Counted from the whole stretch's first letter, positions 37,291 to 49,453 are shown. The stretch is 63,736 bases of DNA, filler included, from Octopus bimaculoides (GCF_001194135.2; 6 parts of 5 records of this genome joined end to end with filler, not necessarily neighbours in it); one strand, 5' to 3'. A program made the numbers and translations. The notes: a model not told the origin generated them from the letters alone.

Positions 37291-39222
37291 AAACAGATCA
37301 TGATAATTTAGTGCAAGTATACCAAGAATTTTGGTCCTGCAATGAAGCAGTCTTCAAATTAGATCAGAAGCCTAATCGAGAAGATATGCACATTATTACG
37401 ATCAGAAAGCTTATCGAGAATATGTGCAAAATATTTTTTTATTAAATACTTTTGGTTGTTTGTTTAAATAAGGGTATATATTCTCAAATACCTTTGGCAT
37501 CCTGTAGAATGTATTACTTAATTCCTCACCGATTCCTCCCATTTTAAGAAATTCAATCGTTAGTTAGTGCCCGATAGATATTTAAGATATTTGTCATTCA
37601 GGTAAATAGATTTATCCTACAGATTTTCGAGTTTAAATTGTGCATGTTCCCAGTTGTGTTTATACCGCTGTAGGTCTCATGAAATAAATTTTATCTAAGG
37701 GAGCAGCAACAAAATAAAATTTATTTCCAGTTGTATTTCCCACTCCATATGTTCTGCAGTTTGACCCTGTAACAAATTCATAATATTTCTAATAATACTC
37801 AAAATATGACGTAAGCATGACACGAGATTGCATTGGTATTGTGATAGATATAGGCATCAAAATGTGAATAGTGTAGTAATTTCTTTTTTTTTTTTTTTTT
37901 GCAACAATTAAATTTTAAATGAAAAGGGTTCCTGTGTTCAAATTAACAAACATTACATAAAACCGGAATTATGGAACGTAATAAAATTCTGAAAAAAATA
38001 AAACGAAGAATTCCTGTGAACATAACACGAATGTAATCGTTCCTCGTTTGAAATTAGTCATGAATAAACATGAAATTTAGGGCTCAGGATGTTTTTCTAA
38101 AAAAACTATCTGAATGAAATGTGTAATTGAAACCAGGAATCTTAAAATATTGGAAAATACGTAAGGCAGTAATTGAAAATCATAAAAAGTCTAGATAAAA
38201 CCAAAAATACATATGTGGTTTTTGTGTGCGTGCGCTTCTGTGCGTGCGCTTCTGTGCGTGCGCATGTGTGCGTGTACGTGTTTTTGTGTGTATGTGTATA
38301 ACTAAATTATTCACACGTTTACCTAATTTCCATCATTTTGTTGCAAAATATTCAGTTTAAATACTGATTATATTTCTCAGTGCACATCGAGCAAGAAATC
38401 AGTAGGATTTAAAATATTTTTATATTTAATATATGTTTTTGTTTTAATACATACAATATAAGAACAGTTGTTTCTCGAAAATATATGAGCGATTCTGCTG
38501 AACAGATGACACGAAACATACATTTCCTAGAAATATATATAGTTCGCATGAAATGGCCAGTATATATCTAATTTTGTAATATTCCCGTGCATACCACAGT
38601 AAAGGTGCATATAAATTGATTGAAAGTGAATGTGATGTATTCTACAATACAAAACATCGTAAACATAATCATTTACACCTGCCAAATATAGCGGACCGTA
38701 ATCAAACAGCATAACACGAGAGTAATAGGAGTAAACAGACTCGTATATTCACAATAGCTACCTGTTCTGGTAATATTATTTCGTGAAACCTCGCATCTTA
38801 AAGTAACATCCGGCTTTACAGCATTTGAATTTATACATAATTCAATGAAATACATGCGTACATACATACATAGACAGACAGTCAGGAAAATAGTCAGATA
38901 GGTAGATAGGTAGATAGGTAGATAGATAGATAGATAGATAGATAGATACATACATACATACATACATACATACAAACATACAAACATAAATATCGGATAG
39001 AAACAAAATTCCTATAAGACAAGATACACATCGAACATTAACCGTCAGTTCTAGTTGCGATATTTTTGATTTTTTGTGNNNNNNNNNNGTGTGTGTGTGT
39101 GTGTGTGTGTGTGGAGAATGGAGCAACAAACACAAGAAGAAGCAATTCTGTTGCGCTAGTTAGCCATTGTTTTATTATGTGGAGGTTATGTAATGAGTCA
39201 TTGTGGATTTTATGTAATTAGT

Positions 39223-39274
39223 CATTTACGCACGTTTCAATCTGGCCAATGGTTTGCCAGATCTCTTCAGAATG
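39223..39274 (-). ncRNA. Type I hammerhead ribozyme, intact core, in PLE 3' region
   Basis: CAUU CUGAAGA GAUCUGGC AAACCAUUG GCCAGAUU GAAAC GUGC GUA^ AAUG. 4-bp stem I, 8-bp stem II, AC-GUGC-GU stem III. Lies 400 nt downstream of the PLE stop codon on the same strand. Confidence 0.85.
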
Positions 39275-39673
39275 TTGAGGAGTATGTTAAGAGTTCATGG
39301 TATGAGAGATGTAGGAGAAGTGATCAGTGGATATATTAATGTATATGGTGGTGTAATAATAGCGTTAGGTAAAGAAAGCCTTACGTTTTAGTTGAAGTTG
39401 TGTTGGTCTTCCTGTAAGGGGATGTATGATGGGTGATATTTAAGCTCATTATTCCGATTTTAATCAAATGCATCTCCACGTGATTTTATGATTGAGGGAT
39501 GTGTCGTATATTTATAGCACCGGCGGTGTTAGTACAGGGAAGCAACCCTAAATTTATGTGAAAAGGGGGCTAACTCTGGTCTTATTCGTAATTAATTATA
39601 ATTAATTATACATAGAAGGAAAATTCTTTTATGCATATTTAGTTTTACTGAGGAAGTGTAATGTATTATATAT

Positions 39674-40588
39674 TTAATTATACTTAGAGAATGAGTATTT
39701 AGTAGCGTGAAGACAGATTAGGCTAGATTCATATATCCTGTTTAATAGGTCATTCTTAGCCGTAAGGATCTCAAGGCACTCAGTTAAACAGAGCTGACAG
39801 TGTCTGTTAGTTGGGTTATAGGAATTAGATGCTTTTAGTATGTGCCACTTTAGTTTATATTCTATCTTATTGTCGTTTAGTTCCCAGATGTACCTACTAA
39901 GTCCTGTTGAATTTGCCTTATTTCTATTTTTAAAGCTGGATAGGTGCTCATTATATCTAAGTCGTACTTGGTTTTTAGTCCCACCTATATAAGATCTAGT
40001 GTGGCTGTTTGTTTGTGCGTCACATTGGTAAACTATATTTTCGGTCTTGCATCTATTGGAGAAATTACATTTATTCCTATCTCTATAGCCACTTAGGTTG
40101 TAAGGGGTGTCTATGTCTGTGTGTTGTTGTGTGGCCCTATTGTTTTTTTGGTGTGGGTCCCTCCTAGTAAGGGGTGTTGGATTAGGGTTGGAGTTAGTTC
40201 TATTAGTTGGAGGGTTGTTGATTTGGTTGTTCGTGGTGTTTCTAGCTGTATAGAATACGTCTAATTTCTTATTAATAGATGCTATTATGGTAGCTAAGTT
40301 ACATGTCAGGCTGTGGTTTATTCTTATTTTGTTCTTAAATATTTCTGCGTATTTATTGTTTACATTGAGGTGTTTATCTATTATGTTCATTAGTGAGCGG
40401 GCTATGTTAGATTTGAGGTTCATTTTATAGGGAATGATTAGCCAGATCGCATCCTTATTGTTCGTGTTACTATTACGGCCAAATCTGGTATAGAACCTGC
40501 CATCATAACTGGGAAGGCTGGTGATTTTTTCTTTACGGCTATCTAATTTATTTCTATAGTTAGGTTTATTTTTGATGTGTCTTTTCAT
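39674..40588 (-). pseudogene. PLE polyprotein C-terminal frame with GIY-YIG endonuclease (304 codons open)
   Basis: IWLIIPY...NIARSLMNIIDKH; C..ENIVYQC...SYIGGT...RLRYNEH.SSF...STGLSRYIWEL...W.ILK...YNP...CQLCLTE.LEI...LLN. Confidence 0.9.
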
Positions 40589-41397
40589 GTTTTTCCTTGT
40601 TAGTATTGTTAGGTATTTGTGGGCCCGATATATGGTTTCTTTTAGTCTGCTGGGTCTCCCTGTTATTTATGCTAAACTTATCTTTGTATTGCTTAATATT
40701 GGTTTTGTTCAGGTGGCTATTGTATTTTTGCTTCGTCTTGCTATTAGCCTTAATCGTCCTTTTAATATTATTGGTATTGGTGTTTACATTGTTGTTGGTA
40801 TTTTTGGTGTTATGTGGTTTGGCTTTGGAACCTTTTGTATTTCTATTATCTGTGTTATGTTTATCTGTGTCATTCATATTGTTAGTGTGGTTTGCAGCAG
40901 TGTTTGGTGTATTAAGAGTGTATGTCTTACTAGCGTTTAGATTCCGTATAGTTGGGTCTTTGTTATGGTTATTGGATTCTATGAATTTAATTTTATGGTT
41001 AAATCCTGCCCTATGTAGTGCGATGTTGTAGGTTTCCTTATGCTTATTAAAAATATCTTGGTTAGAGGAGAGGCGTGATATCCTATGTGCTAAGCCTCTC
41101 TTGAGGAATAGTGGGTGGTTGCTGGATGCGTTTATGTATTTTAGGCTTTATGTATGGTTCATGTAGTCCTGTGGCTAGGTTGCAATTGGCATCTAAATAG
41201 TTAATGGAGGTGTGTTCGTTTTCTATAGAAATGGCTAGTCCAAATCTTTTGAAGAATTTATGTAAGTTTTTCTTAATTAGCTCTAGTTTCCTATTCGNNN
41301 NNNNNNNNNNNNNNNNNNNNNNNNNNNNNNNNNNNNNNNNNTTAATTAATTAANNNNNNNNNNNNNNNNNNNNNNNNNNNNNNNNNNNNNNNNNNNN

Positions 41398-41726
41398 GGG
41401 AGAAAGGAAGAAGAAGAAAGAAAGAAAGAAGGAAGGAAGGAAGGAAGGAAAAAATGAAGGAAGGAAGGAAGGAAAAAAGGAAGGAAGGAAGGAAGGAAAG
41501 AAAGGGAGAAAGGAAGAAGAAAAAAGAAAGAAAGAAAGAAAGAAAGAAGGAAGGAAGGAAGAAAGGAAGGAAAGAAAGAAAGAAAGGAAGAAGAAAAAAG
41601 AAAGAAAGAAAGAAGGAAGGAAGGAAGAAGGAAAGCATGAAAAAAAGGAAAGAAAGACAGAAAGAAAGAAAGAAAGAAATAAAGAAATGAAGAAAGTGAG
41701 AAAGAAAGACAGAAAAAAGAAAGAAA
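41398..41726 (+). repeat. (GAAA/GGAA)n polypurine tract
   Basis: About 330 bp almost exclusively A/G. Confidence 0.95.
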
Positions 41727-41964
41727 CGTATGGAGTTCATTCTTATCCAGGTCTGGCCACAGTAGATTTCTTCCAGAAAGAGAAACGAACGGTGAGAAAT
41801 AGAGTGAGAAAAGACAAAAATAGTGCATGTATAGATTGGCGTAAAATACTTCGTCTTCGTAAGCAACATAAATGGGACCAGTTGCACTAATTTCAGTTAG
41901 TTATATCCATAGATTTTAGCCAACATAGTTGTCATACCTGTCTAGGAGACACAAGTACTTTCAC

Positions 41965-42121
41965 AGAAATGACGGACTTCTAGTTTCCGCCTCCAAATGG
42001 CATTCACATTGATTGTGGTTAGCCCGAGGTTATAGTAGAAGACACATGCCAAGGTGCCGCACAGTGGGACTGAACATGAAACCACGTGGTTGGAAAGCGA
42101 ATTTCTTACCCATATAGCCAT
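41965..42121 (-). mobile_element. SINE family A 5' half, degenerate
   Basis: GCCCGAGGTTATAGTAGAAGACACATGCCAAGGTGCCGCACAGTGGGACTGAAC matches family A. Confidence 0.75.
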
Positions 42122-42159
42122 ATTATCCAACACGGTCATGTTCATAGATACTAGCCAAC

Positions 42160-42455
42160 GAAGTTATATCTATAGATATTAGCCTACACAAATATATCAA
42201 TAGCTATTAGCCTACACGATTATATCTATAGCTATTAACACAGATATATCTGTAGATATTAGTCAACATGGATATTCGCCTACACAGATATATCTATAGC
42301 TAGCAATTAACCTACACACTTATATCTATAGTTATTAACCTACACAGATATATCTAACCTACACATTAATTGTGTAGGTATTAGACAACACAGACATGTC
42401 TAGCCTACACAATTAATGTCTATAGTCTTTAACCAGGTATTAGACAACACAATTA
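42160..42455. repeat. Degenerate ~28-bp minisatellite
   Basis: Repeated AGCCTACACA(G)ATATATCTATAG(C/A)TATT units, roughly ten copies. Confidence 0.8.
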
Positions 42456-43544
42456 TATCCATTGATAGTTACCATCGAATAATTTTTTTCGTGTATAACG
42501 GTATTGAATCAAATGTGTCATCTCGCGAGTGAGCGAGCGAGCGCTACTGGTAGTATGTAGCCTAAAACCCATACTGTTGCGTGATAGGGTCGTCGGTGTC
42601 TTAACCGCAATCCCACTAAGTCTGTTTGGTGAGTGGGGAAGCATATCAAAGGACGGATGAAATCAGGACGGTCAACAGCCAGTCAATATTGTGTACTTGT
42701 GCATAGACTATATTTCGGGCGGATTACGCTATTGAAGTTTCAACGGGCAGAACGGTAATATAGACAACGTCGCTGTGGGACGCTTATCTCCCTGATCTCA
42801 GATCACGGTGAGACACAGGGATCATCCTGATCATTTCACCGCAATTCTGACATACCCCACTCATCCTTGTCACTTTACAACTAGTTCAGGAAGTCGGAGA
42901 CATCAGGCACAATCTGCCTTTTTTATAATACAATTTCACTGCAACAGACGGCAAAACTTTCGTTGTGACAGATGACGTATTACATGAGTCTGCAACAATG
43001 AAATACCGTCATGTAGTATAGTACGCGGACATGTAGTATAGAGGAGAGGGTTCACGTATCTTTTGTCACCTATGTAATTGCATTCTCTATTGTGGTGGAG
43101 TCATGAAAATACTCGGAAACTAAAAACGAACAACATATCAATAACAGTTAAAGACGGTATTCGGTCACCGAATTGAAACAATTCCGGCTGACTTCGCGTT
43201 TTCTGTCTACAAACATATTGTATAAAAAGACAAGGTGTTTATAAATGTCAAATACGTACAATGAAGGCTAAAATCTATAGATATATTCTACAATATATAA
43301 CAGCATTGAAGAAGCACTTTGTAAAGAAAATTTATCAGACCTTAACAAAAACAAAAAGAAGATCAATTCTAAATATAGAGAATTAATTGGCGTAACAATC
43401 AAATAGTTAATGCCATTAGTGATGTGTTGAGGTACACCTGGATGATATAAAGACCATCACTTGGTGGAGCGAGGTGGGGGCGTAATTTTCGATTCACTGT
43501 AGACAATTTTTTCACGAGGTCTGCGCAACTAAACTGTTTATGCG

Positions 43545-43546
43545 TA

Positions 43547-43577
<31 letters not shown>

Positions 43578-43799
43578 CTGTGTGTTATATGTGTGTGTGT
43601 AAATATGTGTGTATATATATCTATATATACATATATATGTATACATACATATATGTATGTATATATGTATTTTTATATGTCTATATGTAGATGCGTTAAC
43701 CTATATATGTATATATACACACATAAATATATATATATACATATATATACATAAATATATACATATATATATATATGTATGTATATATTTATGTATATA

Positions 43800-43853
<54 letters not shown>

Positions 43854-43964
43854 TTAACGCATATACATATAGACATATATGAATACATGTATACATACAT
43901 TTGCACATACACACACGTACATATCATGTACGTAGGCATATATGTATGTATGTATGTATGCATG

Positions 43965-43998
<34 letters not shown>

Positions 43999-44012
43999 TG
44001 TATGTATGTATG
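43545..44012. repeat. Compound (TG)n/(TA)n/(TATG)n microsatellite
   Basis: Directly visible simple repeats. Confidence 0.95.
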
Positions 44013-44379
44013 TGTAAATGGGTAATGTCGAATATGAACGCACTGAATGCTCTTGACCTCCGGTATAAAACAGAAGCGACCTTTACAAATATACCATCAA
44101 TATTTAATATGCACTTATTTGACATTAGATTTCATGTTTATACAATATAATATAAAGCGGTAATTAGCTCAGTTTAATTAATTACAAGAGTTTAATTAAT
44201 TACAATACTCTCTCGTTGGCTCAAAAAATATTATTTACAATACATTCCTAAACAATTTTGAAATCCCTGAATCATCATCATTTTCTTATTTCATGTAGTT
44301 CTAATGCACGACTAGTCACAAAACTCGGTATTTCTATGTATCTGCACAAATCCTACTTACTTATATGTATGTATGTATG

Positions 44380-44744
44380 TATTTCATCAGCGGTGTCTCA
44401 GAAAGATCCTAAGAATCACTTATCGAGACAGAGTGACAAATGAAGCCATTCTCCAAGCAGCAAGAGTAAGGTTCCTGCATGCAATTGCAACCGAAAGACG
44501 AATGAGAGTGGCTGGACACATACTAAAGCTGCCAGAGAAGAGGCTTGCCAAAACAACCATGGGCTGGATGCCACTGGTAGGTAAGAGAAAAATAGGCCAG
44601 CCAAGAAAGGCATGGCGTAGTACTTTCAGAGAAGACCTACGCAGGCTGAACATCACCTGGAAAAAAACATACCGGTTGGCCAAAGACAGAGATAATTGGC
44701 GATCATTGACTACCCAATGTACCGCTCAAAGGCACCAACGGACC

Positions 44745-44797
<53 letters not shown>
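44380..44797 (+). mobile_element. RTE-clade LINE 3' end with (AG)n tail
   Basis: VFHQRCLRKILRITYRDRVTNEAIL...RRMRVAGHILKLPEKRLAK...W.P..GKRKIGQPRKAWR.T..EDL...W......A.DRDNWR, stop at 44747, then (GA)n. Confidence 0.9.
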
Positions 44798-44800
<3 letters not shown>

Positions 44801-45168
44801 ATACAAACACAGTCATGCCTGCATTTAAACTCTTTTAGCACTATCTTACTGCATTCACTTAAGACATAGTTAATACTTTCGTCTCCTTTTCGACTGATTC
44901 TGTGATTGCTCTCTGACAGAGCTTTATCCAGTTCGTTCTAATGACTTTTCCTTAGAGGTTATGATTAGTGATTCAATTACTTGCTTCAGGTATCCATGCG
45001 AGCTGACAAAATCGTTAGAGCGTCGGAAAAGTGCTTAGCGCTCTTTACATTCTCCGTTCAAATACCGCTGCGATCAACTTTGCCTATCATCCTCGGGATC
45101 ATAAATAAGCACCAATTAAGGACTTGAACGATGAAATCGACATGCCTCCTCGTTTCAAATGCTTGCTA

Positions 45169-45194
45169 AATCATCATCATCATCGTCGTTGTCG

Positions 45195-45256
<62 letters not shown>

Positions 45257-45310
45257 GTAGTCGTCGTCATCATCATCATCATCATCACCACCATCATCTT
45301 CATCATCATC
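45169..45310. repeat. (CAT)n microsatellite with CGT interruptions
   Basis: Directly visible; source of the poly-His ORF artefact. Confidence 0.95.
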
Positions 45311-45415
45311 CTTTTGGGAGTCGATGATGTAAGTACTAGTTGAGGACTGGGTTCGATGTAAGCGACTTGCCCAACTTCACCCAACATTTCAGGGTTTGTG
45401 ACTATAGTAGAAAAG

Positions 45416-45447
<32 letters not shown>

Positions 45448-45899
45448 CTTTTATCTCTGAAAAGGAAAGCAGAATTGGCGAATAACTACATCGCCTCTGT
45501 TATTTTTTAGCTCCTGACCGTCGTGCTTTGCTCCAGTTATCAGCTGATCAAACTGAACCGTCTATAATTCAGTTCCTTGCGGAAAGGACGCGTTCCAATG
45601 GTCAGGCTGTCGATATCCTGACAGATTAGGCATGTTGTGGCTAATGATGCGCTGTTTCGCGCTGAAGCAGCGCAACATGCAAAGATTTTGAGACAATGAA
45701 TGAATTTGGTTACAGTTTGTGTCTTATAACTTTCCGCAGCTCATCTCCTTGACAGAGCTCCAGTCATAAGTAGAGCATAGATCGAGACTGAGCACTTGGT
45801 ATCTAGAACGTCGTTAAGTGCCCATTGCTCTCTACCAATCAGGCAACAGTATCAATGGATGTTTCACATTAACAATCTACTAGAGACTTAGTAGCAAGG

Positions 45900-47000
45900 A
45901 AATTGATGACGTTCTCAGAGAGACTCTGGACGTTGTCGAAAACGAACTGGGAGACTGTTCCGGATCACTTTTGAGTCGAGGACTACCATAGACTATTTCG
46001 AGAAGTCCTTAGCTGTTAGTATCCCTAGCAAAGGATACGAACAGCTCGAGATAAACTCCAGAAGTATGGAACTACTGTCACACAGTCCAGTCCAAGATTC
46101 GCGCTAGAAATGAAACCGTTTTGATGGCACTCGTTCAGTATCCGAAAATGGCTGATCAATGGATTATACCGAACAGTTGATGTCTGCCTGCCATGCCACC
46201 TTCCTTTGCAGGGAAAGCAATTTTCTTCTGTCTGGTGATTATAGCGAAAGTGGTTGTATGGAGGCGGTTGTGTGGTAAGGTAAGGTTACCTTCTCAAGTT
46301 ATGCCGACTCATCAGGGCCAGTTTCCCGGTTTCCATGGAATATAAATTCCCCAACTGGACGGTACTCCGGTACGTCGCAGGGTTACTTATTTTTACCACC
46401 TGAGTGGATTGGAGCTACGTGAAATGAAGTGCTTTGCTCAAGAACACAGCACATCGCTCGGTCCAGGAATCGAAACCACAATCGTACAATCATGAGTCCA
46501 ACACCCTAACCAATAAGCCACGCGCCTGCACAGTTGTGTGGTGGACGAGGTCGAAAGTTATGATAGGGCCCTCACCGATCTCTTCAAGCTTCACTTGAAT
46601 GGAATGGTGAAGGTGGAGAAGAAAGTGTGGCCATCGAGTGAATTTATAGAAAGGTGGTAATAGTAACGAAAATAGCCAGAGATTGGCACCATTCCAGGTG
46701 TAAAACTGTAAGTCGGAGAGCAAAAATTGGTGGGGGCACTTGTTATTGGTGTAAGAGATCCTGGACGGGTTAGGGTCCTCTAATAGTCCTAGAGATCCTT
46801 TTGTATCAGGAGGATTGCATCATCATCATCATCATCGTTTATTATGCTGTATGCCATGTATACTCCTATTTCGCAATTTCTTATTCTTAATATTGTATAC
46901 CGTGCATATTTATTTTGTTTTAATCATACGATTCTATGAAAATCCCTACACTTTATATGTCTTTGCATTGTACCCTTGGTTGCCGTTGTGGCAAATAAAT
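45900..47000 (+). pseudogene. Tx1/L1-like LINE C-terminus and 3' UTR, interrupted by a SINE
   Basis: DYFEKSLA, RDKLQKYG, NETVLMALVQYPKMADQW (decayed zinc-knuckle region), PPSFAGKAIFFCLVIIAKV, VVWWTRSK, LFKLHLNGMVKVEKKVWPSSEFIERW. Ends GGCAAATAAA(TCA)n. Confidence 0.6.
46277..46532 (-). mobile_element. SINE family C, full length with 10-bp TSD
   Basis: Head ...GGCGCGTGGCTTATTGGTTAGGGTGTTGGACTCATGATTGTACGATTGTGGTTTCGATTCCTGGACC; tail (TTACC)n. GTTGTGTGGT at both 46267-46276 and 46533-46542. Confidence 0.9.
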
Positions 47001-47024
47001 CATCATCATCATCATCATCGCCAT

Positions 47025-47165
47025 GCTTAGCGACATTTCGTCAGCCTTTATGTTCTAAGTTCAAATTCCGCCAAGGCTGACTTTGCTTTTCATCCTTTCG
47101 GAGTCGATAAAATAAGAACCAGCTGAGCACTGGGGCCGATCTAATCGACTTACCCCCACCCATAA
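47025..47165 (+). mobile_element. SINE family B, partial
   Basis: ATGCTTAGCGACATTTCGTC...GTTCAAATTCCGCCAAGGCTGACTTTGCTTTTCATCCTTTCGGAGTCGATAAAATAAG. Confidence 0.8.
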
Positions 47166-47573
47166 AACTGTTGGCTTTTTTTTTTTTACCAAAGTTCTTC
47201 TTCTTCTTCTTCTTCTTCTTCTTCTTCTNNNNNNNNNNNNNNNNNNNNNNNNNNNNNNNNNNNNNNNNNNNNNNNNNNNNNNNNNNNNNNNNNNNNNNNN
47301 NNNNNNNNNNNNNNNNNNNNNNNNNNNNNNNNNNNNNNNNNNNNNNNNNNNNNNNNNNNNNNNNNNNNNNNNNNNNNNNNNNNNNNNNNNNNNNNNNNNN
47401 NNNNNNNNNNNNNNNNNNNNNNNNNNNNNNNNNNNNNNNNNNNNNNNNNNNNNNNNNNNNNNNNNNNNNNNNNNNNNNNNNNNNNNNNNNNNNNNNNNNN
47501 NNNNNNNNNNNNNNNNNNNNNNNNNNNNNNNNNNNNNNNNNNNNNNNNNNNNNNNNNNNNNNNNNNNNNNNNN

Positions 47574-47685
47574 NGTTATATATATTTGTAAGTCCTGGTG
47601 TTTTTGTTATGTATTTGTCTGAATATTTTTTTATTATACCTAAGGCACCTACTATGATAGGAATTGTTTCTATTTCTAGATTCCA

Positions 47686-47690
<5 letters not shown>
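47574..47690 (-). pseudogene. R4/Dong-like RLE retrotransposon C-terminal fragment next to (TAA)n
   Basis: WNLEIETIPIIVGALGIIKKYSDKYITKTPGLTNIYN (P...GALG motif of RLE elements). The 5' junction is inside an (AAT)n tract; the 3' end is in a gap. Confidence 0.75.
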
Positions 47691-47745
<55 letters not shown>

Positions 47746-47747
47746 AA

Positions 47748-47925
47748 GACGGTGAGCTGGCAGAATCGCTAGCACGCCGGGCAAAATGCTTAGCGGCATT
47801 TCGTCCGTCTTTACGTTCTGACTTCAAATTCCACCGAGGTCGGTAAATTAAGTACCACTGGGGTCGATGCCATCGACTAGTCCACTCCCCCAAAATGTCA
47901 GACCTTGTATCTATAGTAGAAAGGT
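47748..47925 (+). mobile_element. SINE family B with internal deletions
   Basis: GACGGTGAGCTGGCAGAATCGCTAGCACGCCGGGCAAAATGCTTAGCGGCATTTCGTCCGTC... Confidence 0.85.
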
Positions 47926-48483
47926 TTATCATTATTGTATTTTTCACTGCTCTAGTATTATTAAACCTATCGGCTTTTGTTTGATGAACATCCAACTGTT
48001 ACACGTGTCTCTGCAGTTATTCAGCGCAGATCTTATGCTAAGGAGGCATGATTTCTGTAGTATCAGAAAATTAATTGATCTTCTAATCATAGAAATATGT
48101 TTGGTGAGCTTACAAACTCTTTACGTAATGATGCTATTTTGGCAGGAATTACTATTACCTCTGCCATTCTAAAGCCTTTTAAATTTAGATCCTGGAATTT
48201 ATCTTCGCTATTTTCTTTTTCTTCGACCTAATGTCGAATGGACAGGGCTACATGAATTATTTCTACGTACTACAGAAAGTGTTCAGAATGGTCTCTTTTC
48301 TCTTATGTAACGATATCCAATCTGTGTGTTGCCGTTACTATTCTGTCTGGATTTTCTGTCAGAAATAGAAACGAAGGAATTAACAAATAAATATTGAAGA
48401 AAGCTGTATACCTGAGGGAGAACACGATAAATGAGAACAGAAACTTTAATATAATTGATACTATCATTATCGTTATTTGTCAT

Positions 48484-48730
48484 GGCAGCGAACTGGTAGG
48501 ATTGTTAATACGTCGGTCAAAACACTTCACGGCATTTCGTTCGTCTTTCACATTCTGAATTTAAATACCGCCGAGGTCGACTTTGCCTTTCATCCTTTAG
48601 GGGTCGATAAAATAAGTACCAGTTGAGTGCTGGAGTCGATGTAATCAACTTACCCCCTGCCCTGAAATTGCTGGCCTTGTGCCAAAATTTGAAATTTTTA
48701 TTATTATCATTAATTTTCAAAATTTGAAAC

Positions 48731-48732
<2 letters not shown>
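48484..48732 (+). mobile_element. SINE family B, full length, followed by (ATT)n and a further fragment (48785-48880)
   Basis: GGCAGCGAACTGGTAGG...GAGGTCGACTTTGCCTTTCATCC...GAAATTGCTGGCCTTGTGCCAAAATTTGAAA. Confidence 0.85.
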
Positions 48733-48786
<54 letters not shown>

Positions 48787-49389
48787 CGCCTTTTATCCTT
48801 TCGGGGTCGATAAATTAAGTACCAGTTGAACACTGGGTTCGATGTAATCGACACATCTCCTCCTCCAATTGTGACAAAATTTAAAATCATTAGTGCATGC
48901 CATCAAAGTGACACTGGGGTAAAATATACAAAGCCCAGTATACACATTATGACTACCCGTCTAATAAGGGTACATCAGGCACATGCATCACAACCATATC
49001 AAGATTAACAGCGCATGACCTTGCAGGTGGGGTCCAGTTAGAATAATCTTCAGGTCGAATAGCCCATCCCGCTCAAAAGGTCCCTGGATAAGAGTTGTTT
49101 AAGGATGTTGAACGAAACATCCATGTTTCCAGAGGTGAATTATCCAAACCCCAAAGAATTCCTCTCAACACATGGCTATGATGCTTCCCCACTACTTCGG
49201 TTCGTCATCAGAGATGCACATATCGTCAGCCACCAAGGGACATGCTCAACTGGTTAAAGTCAAACAACTGACAAGCAAATCTGTGGTATTAAGCAGAATA
49301 TTTGCTGTAGCCCATCTTTTATACCAAAACAAAACATGTACATGATAACACTTCCAATTAGTTAAGATGAAAGCCATGAGAGCCACTGC

Positions 49390-49453
<64 letters not shown>

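Larger units (their letters stand above)
39150..41297 (-). mobile_element. Penelope-like retroelement, 3' ~2.1 kb (RT thumb + linker + GIY-YIG + 3' region)
   Basis: IKKNLHKFFKRFGLAISIE...INYLDANCNL...PYIKP, frameshift to YINASSNHP...RISRLSSNQDIF...YNIAL..AGF, an N/T/K-rich linker, then a frameshift into ORF 39674-40588. The 5' end is lost in the gap at 41298. Confidence 0.9.

Noticed and set aside
40572-41031. Hydrophobic 'membrane protein' ORFs on the plus strand
   Set aside because: Antisense of the Asn/Thr-rich PLE linker.
41454-41690. Lys/Glu/Arg-rich ORF
   Set aside because: Translation of the (GAAA/GGAA)n tract.
45124-45387. Poly-His / poly-Met ORFs
   Set aside because: A (CAT)n microsatellite lying between SINE fragments.
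48890-49385. ~500-bp repeat-like segment between (ATT)n tracts
   Set aside because: Looks like a LINE 3' UTR or other interspersed repeat, but has no second copy or motif in the window to support a call.
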